From Patescibacteria group bacterium (GTDB taxonomy: Bacteria > Patescibacteriota > Minisyncoccia > Phycocordibacterales > Phycocordibacteraceae): 64,000 nucleotides of DNA. How positions within the stretch are numbered: position 1 is the first letter of the stretch; each line of letters starts with the position of its first letter. Shown here piece after piece: positions 1-9,500 of this stretch. The notes beneath the pieces are model-generated. The model saw only the letters and a program-made list of their open reading frames with translations. It was not told the origin of the DNA and made no database searches. The DNA lies in the NCBI GenBank assembly GCA_018971045.1, contig JAGWVF010000002.1, forward strand, positions 1,133 to 65,132. The letters are read 5' to 3'. Both the position numbers and the translations under genes were made by a program.

Positions 1-3000
1 TCTCGTCGGCGGCTCCTCCGGCACCCTCACCCTCGCAACCAACGGCACCGCTCTCACGAAGCTCTCCCAGATCGCCGCCAACACGCTCCTCGCGAACCCC
101 ACCGGCGCTCCAGGGAACGTGCAGGCCGTCGCCACTTCATCTCTCGGACTTACCGTCTCTTCTTTCGCCTCACCGAATATTTCTCAGTGGACAAATAACT
201 CCGGCTATCTCACGACGGTAAATAACGGCAACTGGTCGGGCACTCAGCTCTCAGTAGCGAATGGTGGAACCGGCTCCACGACTCTTACGGGGATCCTGAA
301 AGGCGCAGGAACAAGCCAAATCGGGACGGCAGTAAACGGCACCGACTACACGCTGATCACCGCGAACACCTGCGGCGCGGGGAATCACGTCTCTGCTATC
401 ACGGCGGCCGGAGTCATCACGTGTTCGGCAGACACAGGAGGAACAGGAGCGCCATTTGCCTGGACTCCGACTTCATGGGGCGTCTCCACTTCTACAACCC
501 TCGGCTTCCTTAATGGCTTCATCTCTACGGCATCCTCGACATTCACTGCCTCTCCGATTATCTCGAGTCTCGCAACACCAGCGGGCACTTTCCTAGCCGC
601 TGACCCGACTGGAAAGATAATCGCCACCACGACACCGAGTGGAGGCGCATCTGCCGTTGGCGGTACTGGCGCCGTGCAATTTGCAAATGGCACTGCCTTC
701 AATGGAGATTCATCTAATTTCTTCTGGGACAACACTAATAAACGCCTCGGCCTCGGTACCACCTCTCCCTGGGCTACGCTCTCCATCGCTCCCGCTACAA
801 GAGCAACGCCCTTCGCCGTCGCCTCGTCCTCAGGCTCGACTCTCTTCGCGATAAATCCGGCAGGGCAGGCGGTCTTCGGCACCACCACCTCCGCCAACAT
901 CTTCCTAAACGGCGGGGGAGACGTTACGAGCCCGTCGAGCGTAGGCAACAACGTCGCCATCGGCAATAAGGCCTTCTCCTACTACGATCCGACACAAGCC
1001 ACCAACAACATCGCCATGGGCTATCAGGCGCTCTATGGGAAATCTGGTACGCCGATGACCGGCACCGATAACTTTGCCGCAGGGTATCAAGCTGGCAACT
1101 ACAATACTTCCGGATCAAACAACTTCTTCATCGGAAACTTAGCCGGCTATAAAAACACCTCCGGCTACAATAACTTCTTCGTCGGCAACTCTGCCGGCTA
1201 CTCTAACGATGGTGGTGCCATTAATACCTTCATCGGCCCCAATGCCGGCAAGAACAACTACATCGGCTCCAACAACTTCTTCGTCGGCAACTCTGCCGGC
1301 TTCTCCAACTTCTCTGGTGGATCTAACGTCTTCCTCGGTACCTCTGCCGGCTACACTAACTACACCGGCTCCAACAACTTATTCTTCGGCACTCAAGCCG
1401 GTTCCTCCAACTACACCGGCAATTACAACACCTTCATCGGCTACCAAACGGGCACCTACAACTCCTCCGGAGGGAACAACGTCGGCGTCGGCTATAACAC
1501 TCTCTTTAACGTTACCACCGGCTCTGACAACTACATGCTTGGCGATACGCAGAACTCTGGCGGCAACAACATCACCACAGGCGGAAACAACATATTGCTC
1601 GGGTACAACGCCGGCATCGGCACCACGACAAGCACCAGCAACTTCCTCAACCTCGGCAACTCCTTCTTCGGCACTCTTATCGCTAAAAGCGCCTTGACCT
1701 CGCTCCCGACCTCCTTCTCCGGAGCCTCCTTCGCGATTGCCACCTCGGGCACGCTCTATAACAGCACGCTCTCGGTGCAGAACAATGCGTCCGCAAGCTC
1801 GGTCCTCTCACTCTATTCAAATGCAGGAGTGAAAGTGTTCGGTGTCTCAGATGGCGGCATCGCCTCGACCACGGGTCTCATCGTCTCAAATGCTGGCGGC
1901 ATCGCAGGTTGCGCCACCTTCGCCGCTGACGGCACGATCAGCAATACGCACGGCGCGTGCGGCGGATCAGGAACGTATCCCTTCACCCCCGCAACGAACT
2001 TCAACGCATCAGCGTCAGCGACCACCACCGCGCTCTGGGCCCAGGCCGGCCTCTTCGCCTCCTCGACCTCGGCGTATCCGACCCTCGCCGTCTCCCAGCT
2101 CGGCGCAGGAGCCGCCGCGACCTTCATGGGCGGCAACGTGGGGATCGGCACCACGAGCCCGTGGGCTCAGCTCTCGGTGAATCCGGACGGCATCACCGGC
2201 CCCGCCTTCGCGATCGGGTCGTCGTCAATGACCTACGCGATGGTCGATAATGCCGGTCGATTCTATATCGGCACCACTACCGATTCGGTGAATGCGGCCA
2301 ATACCGCTGGTCTCACCGTCAATATGGGGAACACGAATGCGAGCGAGAATGCGATCAACGCGTACGGCAATGTGAACGATTTTCTCCAAATCCAAACGCA
2401 GAACTTCTCTAAGGGATCCGCCGCCCAGTCCGGGTTCTCGGCAACGGCCGACAACGGCACCCAGACTACGGGCTTTATGTGGATGGGCATCAACAACTCG
2501 AACTTTTGGAATCCGCAGCCGTACAATGTGGGCGGCCCGGGGGACACCAGCCTCCTCGGTCTCGGGAATGACATGTATATCGCCAACGGTTCAGCGAACA
2601 AGAACCTCTACTTCCTCGCGGGCGGCGTCTCGACCTCGACTAACCTCGCGATGACGATCACGAGCGCGAATATGATCGGCATCGGCACCACCTCTCCCTG
2701 GGCGAGTCTCTCATTAATTACAAATGACGCCGCCGATGCAATTACGGCCGGCCCGGCATTCGTCGTCGCGACGACGAGCAATTGGACATCCTCTGGCGGC
2801 AACGGCATCCAGGCGCCGCTCATCTTCGCCACCGCGACAACCTCGGGCATGCTTGATTACGCGCGCGTCTCGATAGGAGCCACCTCCACGTGGGCGAGCG
2901 CGGCTGGGCTTCGAGACCAGTTCACCGTTGCGGGGCGCATCTATCAGACATGGGCGTATATGTCGTGCGATATTCCTTCCAGTGCGGGAGCGAACACGAA

Positions 3001-5683
3001 TGCGCTCTCCGCCGATACGAACGCCGCCTGCGGCAACTTCTTCCTCGATACTCTTACTGACGGCGCGGCATACACTCAGACAGGAATATACCCGGCGGTG
3101 ATGCTCCTCTCTCCAGGCATCGCCGCTACCTTCGCGGCGAATGAGGGCGTCTCTCTCCGCGAATGGGGGAACACGATGCCGGCGACCTCGAGCCCGGTGC
3201 TCGAGGTTCGCGGACGCATCACGAACATTACGTCGACGTCAACAATGTATATCATCGGATTCTCGGATACTCCCGCGAACACGACCGCCTCAGCCGGGTC
3301 CTACCCGGCAAACGGAGTATTCTTCGAGGCGTCGTCCACCTCTAATACCTGGAGGGCGACGACTCGCGTGAACGGAGTCAGCGTGGGATACGTCGATACC
3401 GGTGTAGGGACGACGACCGCGCTCTCGAATGGTGTACTCAACCGCTTCCGCATCGAGGTAACCCCTACCACCAACACCTTCCTTATTGACGGCAATGTTG
3501 TCGCTGTGACGAGACCGGTCGCCGCACCGTATAAGCCGATGGCCCCGATGGTGTTCGTCGTGCGCGCGAACGGCGCCCTGGCGGCGGCAGTCAACACGAA
3601 CGGAGCGGTGGCCTCCTTCAGTGTCGCCTCGATGCGGGCGTGGGACGACGATCCGCCGGATAGCCTTCAGGTCGGCGCGCCGTCATTTACGAGCCAGGCC
3701 GCTCCGCCGTACGATCCGTTACAGGGAGCCGATATCGCCGAAAACGAGCTCGTGGACGCGCCGGGCGCGTATATCCCTGGGATGATCGTGTCCGCCGCGT
3801 CGGGGACCAGCTCGGCGATGGTGTCGAGATCGTCCGGCCGCTACGACAATGGAATCTTAGGCGTCGTCTCTACGTCTCCGAACTCGACGCTCGGCGCGCA
3901 GAGCGACCAGTCGGTGCGGGTCGGCATACTCGGACGGGCGCCGGTGATCGTCTCGCTTGAAAACGGCCCTATTCATAAAGGCGATCGCATCACGAGCTCC
4001 TCTCTTGGCGGCATCGGGATGCGCTCCGGTCAGGCGGGGAGAGTCGTCGGCATCGCGCTCCAAGACTTCTCCGGAGGCGCGTGCGACTCCTCGCTCGCGG
4101 GCGACGTGCGAGGCACGGGCGTAGCGGTACCCGAAACGGCGTGTCTCGGCACCGTCCTCGTGTCTCTCCAAGTGGGAACGGATATCGGGATCACGACGCT
4201 GTATCAAGACGGGTCGGTAAACTCATCAGGAGTTCCGCTTGATAAGATCGCGCTCACGAGCGACAGGCTCACCGTTTCCGGCGCGGCGTTCGCAAAGAGC
4301 TTCGAGGTCCCCGCGGGGATCGGCACAAGCTTCACGCTCGGATCAAGCACGGTAACGGCGACGCTCCCATCCTCAGTCCTTACCGCCTCGAGCACCGTCG
4401 ATCTCTACAAGCTCGCGACGTATAACCTCTCGGGCGTTGAGGCGCTCGCGAGCAAGATCAGCGCGCAGGATCTCCGCATCGCGTCTCTTGAGACGCGCGT
4501 CGCCGCGCTTGAGAGCGGGGCAGTCGCTGTCGCGACGAGCTCGGCGCTCTCGCTCTCGACCTCCTCTCTGGCGAGCGCACTGAGCGCCGTCGGCGCCTTC
4601 ATCGGCAAGGGCTTCGCACAGTTCGGCACCTTGATCGCCGATCAGTTCGTCGCGGCAACCAATTCAGCCGGCACCTCCTCGGCCGGCACCGTAACGATTC
4701 TTGCCGGGAATACCGTTGCCAAGGTGAACAACAGCTATGTCCTCCCGACTTCCAAGATCTTCGTGACGCTCACGGCCTCGACCACCGGATCGTGGTATAT
4801 CAGCGATAAACAACCCGGCTCATTCAAGCTCGTACTCTCTGAACCGCAGACGAATGACATCTCCTTCGACTACTTCATCGTTCAGACGGAAGGGCAGGTC
4901 GCGACCTCGACGCCTGATTCGACGACGGTCAGCCAGTCGAGCGGTCCGGACACGACGGCCCCCGTGATCACCGTCCTCGGCGACAATCCGCTCCACCTCT
5001 CGATCGGAGGCACTTTCACCGAGCCGGGAGTAACGGTACTTGATAATGTGGACGGAACGACGGATCCGATAATCACCTTTGTGAACGGCGTTCAGCAGGT
5101 CGCGAATGCCTCGACGATTAGCACGTCGATCGCGACGACGTATATCATTACCTACTCGGCGACCGACAAGGCGGGGAACAGCTCGAGCGCGACGCGCTCG
5201 GTGATTGTCGGGAATCCGGACGGTACAGTAACGATCACTCCTCCTGCCACCTCGACGCCGCCCACTACGCCGCCCGCCGCCACCTCGACGCCGGCTGACA
5301 CGACGCCTCCGGTTGTTACCCTGAACGGATCGGCGGCGATGCAGATCTCGATCGGCAACGCTTTCATCGATCCGGGAGCGACCGCGAATGATGCCGTTGA
5401 CGGAAACTTGACCGCCACGATCGTTAAAACCGGCTCAGTCAATACGAACGCCGCCGGCCTCTATACGCTGACCTACTCGGCAACCGACAAAGCGGGGAAC
5501 ACCGGTTCCGCCTCGCGCGTGGTAACGGTCGTGGCGGCGTCGTCAACTCCGCCCGTGGTACCCGTCGCACCTCCCGCACCGACTGCGGCTACCTTGACAA
5601 CTTCGACTCCGGCCGCGCCGACTAGTTCGACGCCGCCCGCCACCGCTTCTTCATCGCCGACAACAGCCGCCTTGACGTCATGA
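1..5683 (+). CDS. Giant secreted/surface repeat protein, 5'-truncated by window edge (>1890 aa). N-terminal Gly/Asn-rich short repeats (NNFFxGNxAGY...) are tail-fibre/adhesin-like. Central coiled coil (LETRVAALESG). C-terminal part has two DUF5011/HYR-like bacterial Ig-like domains (PVITVLGDNP...YSATDKAGN) and a Pro/Thr-rich tail.
   Basis: Reading frame is open from position 2 into the listed ORF 119..5683 (the track start is an internal GTG). Repeat motifs and Ig-like domain signatures were read directly from the translation. The DUF5011 repeats are also duplicated at DNA level (about 5150 vs 5470). Confidence 0.6.
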   Translation, partial: LVGGSSGTLTLATNGTALTKLSQIAANTLLANPTGAPGNVQAVATSSLGLTVSSFASPNISQWTNNSGYLTTVNNGNWSGTQLSVANGGTGSTTLTGILKGAGTSQIGTAVNGTDYTLITANTCGAGNHVSAITAAGVITCSADTGGTGAPFAWTPTSWGVSTSTTLGFLNGFISTASSTFTASPIISSLATPAGTFLAADPTGKIIATTTPSGGASAVGGTGAVQFANGTAFNGDSSNFFWDNTNKRLGLGTTSPWATLSIAPATRATPFAVASSSGSTLFAINPAGQAVFGTTTSANIFLNGGGDVTSPSSVGNNVAIGNKAFSYYDPTQATNNIAMGYQALYGKSGTPMTGTDNFAAGYQAGNYNTSGSNNFFIGNLAGYKNTSGYNNFFVGNSAGYSNDGGAINTFIGPNAGKNNYIGSNNFFVGNSAGFSNFSGGSNVFLGTSAGYTNYTGSNNLFFGTQAGSSNYTGNYNTFIGYQTGTYNSSGGNNVGVGYNTLFNVTTGSDNYMLGDTQNSGGNNITTGGNNILLGYNAGIGTTTSTSNFLNLGNSFFGTLIAKSALTSLPTSFSGASFAIATSGTLYNSTLSVQNNASASSVLSLYSNAGVKVFGVSDGGIASTTGLIVSNAGGIAGCATFAADGTISNTHGACGGSGTYPFTPATNFNASASATTTALWAQAGLFASSTSAYPTLAVSQLGAGAAATFMGGNVGIGTTSPWAQLSVNPDGITGPAFAIGSSSMTYAMVDNAGRFYIGTTTDSVNAANTAGLTVNMGNTNASENAINAYGNVNDFLQIQTQNFSKGSAAQSGFSATADNGTQTTGFMWMGINNSNFWNPQPYNVGGPGDTSLLGLGNDMYIANGSANKNLYFLAGGVSTSTNLAMTITSANMIGIGTTSPWASLSLITNDAADAITAGPAFVVATTSNWTSSGGNGIQAPLIFATATTSGMLDYARVSIGATSTWASAAGLRDQFTVAGRIYQTWAYMSCDIPSSAGANTNALSADTNAACGNFFLDTLTDGAAYTQTGIYPAVMLLSPGIAATFAANEGVSLREWGNTMPATSSPVLEVRGRITNITSTSTMYIIGFSDTPANTTASAGSYPANGVFFEASSTSNTWRATTRVNGVSVGYVDTGVGTTTALSNGVLNRFRIEVTPTTNTFLIDGNVVAVTRPVAAPYKPMAPMVFVVRANGALAAAVNTNGAVASFSVASMRAWDDDPPDSLQVGAPSFTSQAAPPYDPLQGADIAENELVDAPGAYIPGMIVSAASGTSSAMVSRSSGRYDNGILGVVSTSPNSTLGAQSDQSVRVGILGRAPVIVSLENGPIHKGDRITSSSLGGIGMRSGQAGRVVGIALQDFSGGACDSSLAGDVRGTGVAVPETACLGTVLVSLQVGTDIGITTLYQDGSVNSSGVPLDKIALTSDRLTVSGAAFAKSFEVPAGIGTSFTLGSSTVTATLPSSVLTASSTVDLYKLATYNLSGVEALASKISAQDLRIASLETRVAALESGAVAVATSSALSLSTSSLASALSAVGAFIGKGFAQFGTLIADQFVAATNSAGTSSAGTVTILAGNTVAKVNNSYVLPTSKIFVTLTASTTGSWYISDKQPGSFKLVLSEPQTNDISFDYFIVQTEGQVATSTPDSTTVSQSSGPDTTAPVITVLGDNPLHLSIGGTFTEPGVTVLDNVDGTTDPIITFVNGVQQVANASTISTSIATTYIITYSATDKAGNSSSATRSVIVGNPDGTVTITPPATSTPPTTPPAATSTPADTTPPVVTLNGSAAMQISIGNAFIDPGATANDAVDGNLTATIVKTGSVNTNAAGLYTLTYSATDKAGNTGSASRVVTVVAASSTPPVVPVAPPAPTAATLTTSTPAAPTSSTPPATASSSPTTAALTS

Positions 5684-5767
5684 TCATCTCGCCACTGTTG
5701 CAAAAGACGGTGCGGGGTACAGGCCATTCGATGGCAGAGACACCAGCTGGGCGACGGATCATCCCCC

Positions 5768-5812
5768 CAAAATCAGTCATCGGATGACTGATTTTGTGAC
5801 TGATTTTGGTGG
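5768..5812. repeat. REP-A1: perfect 23-nt palindrome AATCAGTCATCGGATGACTGATT (5771-5793) plus a partial extra half-site (gactgatttt)
   Basis: Palindrome read directly. Lies immediately 3' of RAYT-A. Confidence 0.85.
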
Positions 5813-5814
5813 GT

Positions 5815-6459
5815 TTAGTCTACGAGCGAACTCAGTCCGGCCAAATCTGTTTTGGAGATGAGGTTTTCTATTTCGTTTTCGTACGCTCCTCTTGACCCTA
5901 TCATCGGTGTCAGAAATTCACGATGCGAAACGGAAGGGAAATTACGAATGCCGAGATAATCAAGGTGGCTACTCCAACGATATTCTTCAAGATACTTCAA
6001 AGCGCTCAACACATCCTTCACCTCACCTTCGCGCCACTCGGGATACGCGAGATCGAGGGGATTAAGGTGAATGTAATAGGGAATATATATAAAATGTGCA
6101 TCACGTTCGATCAGCACTCGTTTATATTTGCCCTGCCAGAGCGCTCCAGAACGATCGTACCGTTCGTTAAAATATCGGGCGTACCCCATGCTCACCTTCT
6201 TCATAAACAGGGCGATCCCGTTCTCAACCCTTGGTGAAAGGAGAAGATGAAAATGATTTGGCATGAGACAAAATGAATGAATCGTGACAAGAAGTTTCCG
6301 AGCATGCGTTTCTTCACGACGATCGGGCGCTTTTGGATGGAGAGCGAAAGAATGATCGTTGAATGCAAAGAGGTCGTGGATAAACCGAGCGCGGTCGTGA
6401 TCGTCGAGGAACACGTCGCGCTTATCAACGCCGCGATTGTAAATGTGGTAGAAATCCAT
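5815..6459 (-). CDS. REP-associated tyrosine transposase (RAYT, IS200-like HUH Y1 family), copy A, 214 aa
   Basis: HUH motif CLMPNHFHLLL. C-terminal YIHLNPL...RWSSHLDY resembles E. coli RAYT (YafM), IYINPVKHG...DWPFSTFHRDV. Flanked on both sides by REP-A palindromes. Confidence 0.8.
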   Translation of the reverse strand: MDFYHIYNRGVDKRDVFLDDHDRARFIHDLFAFNDHSFALHPKAPDRREETHARKLLVTIHSFCLMPNHFHLLLSPRVENGIALFMKKVSMGYARYFNERYDRSGALWQGKYKRVLIERDAHFIYIPYYIHLNPLDLAYPEWREGEVKDVLSALKYLEEYRWSSHLDYLGIRNFPSVSHREFLTPMIGSRGAYENEIENLISKTDLAGLSSLVD

Positions 6460-6475
6460 GTTTTCATTATAGCCA

Positions 6476-6510
6476 CAAAATCAGTCATCCGATGACTGAT
6501 TTTGTGAATT
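6476..6510. repeat. REP-A2: palindrome AATCAGTCATCCGATGACTGATT (6479-6501) with tail ttgtgaattgggtgg similar to REP-A1
   Basis: Read directly. Lies immediately upstream (on minus strand) of the RAYT-A promoter/ATG. Confidence 0.85.
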
Positions 6511-6529
6511 GGGTGGAAGGGGTGGTACG

Positions 6530-9500
6530 ATGGAGATATCGGGTATGAAGGGGTATCTTATTCCGATTCTCCTCGGCGCGGTACTCGCCTGCGCCACACC
6601 GGCATTTGCCGACACGGTTATTAATTCGGACATAACAACCGATACGACCTGGACCGCCGCAGAGAGTCCGTACCTCGTGCAGGGGTTCGTCTCTGTCGGT
6701 GAGGGCGCGACGCTCACCATCGAGCCGGGGGTAACAGTTGAGTTTGAAGACGGCGCATTCCTCGACATTGCCGGCCGTCTTACAGCGGCCGGCTCCGCCG
6801 CCGAGCCGATCACCTTCACCTCGAGGGGCGCATGGTCTCTCAGTCTCGAAGAGGGCGGCTCGGCGGCGATCGATTATGCGAGTCTCCTCCATACAAACAG
6901 CATCGCTGATTTTTCAAGCGGAGTGTTCTCCATAGCGCATGCGCTCATACAGGATTCCGATTCTGGCCTCGGTGTCTATGGCGGGATGCTGACTCTTGAT
7001 ACCGTCACGCTCGACACTGTCAGCGGCGATGCGATCAATCTCAGCGCGTCAAGCGGGTCCCTCAGCCACGTTACGGTCAGGAATGCGAATACGGGGGTGC
7101 AGGTCTATAACGAGAGCCATGCCGACCTCGCGGACTTCATCACCGACCACCTCAAGTCACAGGCGGTTGCGGTTTATGCGCAGAGCAGTGTGACCATCGC
7201 AAGCTCGACGATTGAGCACACGCGGGGCGAGGCACTCGACGTATGGGATTCTTCCGCGCTCACGCTACACAGCGTAGCAGTCGAGGATACTACTGGAGCT
7301 GCTATCGGTGCGTACAATTCAAGCGTCGTCACTGCGGATCATCTCCAGCTTATCGGCGGTACCGAAGACGGCCTCGATACCTACGGCGCGAGCGCGGTCT
7401 CGCTCACCGACGCTACTATCTCGGGCTTCGCGCAGGGCGCGGGTATTGCAGATTATCGAAATGATCCGTCGGCATCTCCGCTTGTCGTCGAGAACACCGA
7501 GATCTGGGGGAATGACACTGGTCTCTTGCTCTACGCTGCCGGCGTCCCGCTTACCTTTACACACAATGCGATCCACGATAATACAGTCGCGGGCATCGTG
7601 ACCTCTGACGCGGTTACGGCTGATCTCTCCAACACCTACTGGGGCGACGCTTCGGGACCCTACAACGATCCCGCGAATCCAGAAGGAAAGGGGAACGCCG
7701 TCGTGCTCGCTCCCGGGAGCGCGGTTACCTTCTCGCCGTGGCTCACGAGTTGGGGCGCTCCACTCCCGTCTAATGTGCTCTTCTTGCCCGGTATCGAGGG
7801 GAGCCGGCTCTACGAGGGGACGGGTTGCGGAAAGGGCCAAGAGGAGCTTCTCTGGGAGCCAGCGGACCCTGCGTGGTACAAGAATCTTTTTCCCGGTGCG
7901 GGCGACGGGAAGGTGAAGGAGCTCGCGCTCAATGCTACGGGACACAGTCTTTGTAGCGATATTTATACGAAGCCCGGCGACATCATCGATTCGGTCAACG
8001 GAACGCGCATCTACCAGTCGCTCAGCGATACGCTGGCAGGGCTTAAAGCGAGCGGAACGATTACTGACTGGCGCGCGGCGGCCTACGACTGGCGGCTCTC
8101 GCTTCCAGATATTATTGCCAAAGGCAGTGAGCACGACGGGCGTATCTACTACGAAGAGGCGACCTCGACGCCGTATCTCGAGCAGACGCTACGCGAGCTC
8201 GCCGCGAGCTCGAAGAGCGGAAAGGTGACAATCATCACACACAGCAATGGCGGCCTCGTCGCCAAGGCGCTTATTACCAAGCTTGGCGCCGACGCGCCGA
8301 ATCTTATCGACAAGGTGCTCTTTGTCGGCGTCCCGCAGACAGGCGCACCGACCGCAGTGGGAGCGATTCTCTACGGCTACCAGCAGGGCATCACGTGGGG
8401 TTATGGGCTCATGACACTCGTGCATGACTACGCGGCGCGCGACTTAGCACAGAACTCGCCAATGTCGTACCACCTCCTGCCATCTGAAGATTATCTCGAG
8501 AGCACGATGGGTGATCCGGACCACCCCGTGATCCGCTTCGCGGGCGCGGGCTACGCGAAGGAGGAAGCGGCCTATGGCGCAACTATCGCGAATCGCGTCG
8601 CGCTCGGCGACTTCCTCTCTGCACGCGAGGGCGGGCGCGCACAGCCGAGCGAGAAGGATGTGAAGAATGCCGCAATCGCAAGTTATGCGCTCTATGGCTA
8701 TGCGACGAGTACGCACGCGGCTCTCGACTCGTGGAGCGCGCCTACAGGCATTGAAGTGGATCAGATTGCCGGCTGGGGCGTCGACACGCTCGCGGGGATC
8801 GACTTCTATTCGTCGCCAGGGAAGTCGAACCGGCTCTTCAGGCCGATCTTTGTCGAAGACGGTGATGGTACAGTCCCGGTCCCGAGCGCGCTCCAGATGG
8901 CGTCAGATACGAATGTGAAGAGGTATTGGATTGATTTGCATGGATATTACAACGACACGAAGAAGAAATTATCTCATGAGAACTTGTTTGAATTGCCGCA
9001 ACTTGAGGAATATTTGAAACAGCGTATCACAGATGCCCAGCAATCCTTGCCGCAGTATCTAGTATCGCAGCAGCCCAATTCTGCTTCACTTAGTAAGAAG
9101 CTCATCTTCTTCCTTCACTCACCACTCACGCTCCAAGCGAGCGACTCATCGGGGCGCGTTACCGGTCTCGCGATCGACGGAACGATCACCGAGGATATTC
9201 CCGGTTCGACCTACGGCGAGCTCGGCGAGGTGAAATATCTCATCGTCCCCGAGGGTGATGAGTACTTGCTCACGCTCCACGGCCAAGATGCCGGCGCCTT
9301 CTCGCTCGATATCGAGGAGAGCCAGGCAGGTGTCGTCTCCAGGGCCGCGACTCTGGCCGATCTGCCGACTACCGCGAGCACTACCGCGACGATGACCGTG
9401 TCGAATCTCGACACCCATTCAGATTTAACCGTTGATGAAAATGGAGATGGTAAAAATGTTTTCACTCTCTCGCCTGTAGTTGGGCAGACTGTCACCTATA

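Larger units (their letters stand above)
5768..6510 (-). mobile_element. REPtron A: REP-A1 / RAYT-A / REP-A2 unit (about 740 bp)
   Basis: RAYT gene bracketed by two copies of the same 23-nt palindrome. A solo copy of the same palindrome lies at 10314-10336. Confidence 0.75.

Noticed and set aside
5768-6510. Interpreting the elements as ordinary IS200 insertion sequences
   Set aside because: The proteins are about 215 aa with RAYT-like C-terminal extension. The flanking palindromes are identical perfect hairpins, also found as solo copies elsewhere. This is more consistent with REP/RAYT than with IS200 left/right ends, though a profile search is needed.
6481-6819. Minus-strand ORFs 6481-6819 and 10316-10543 ending in ...QNQSSDD
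   Set aside because: The shared C-terminus is just the translation of the REP-A palindrome. These ORFs overlap real genes or intergenic repeats.
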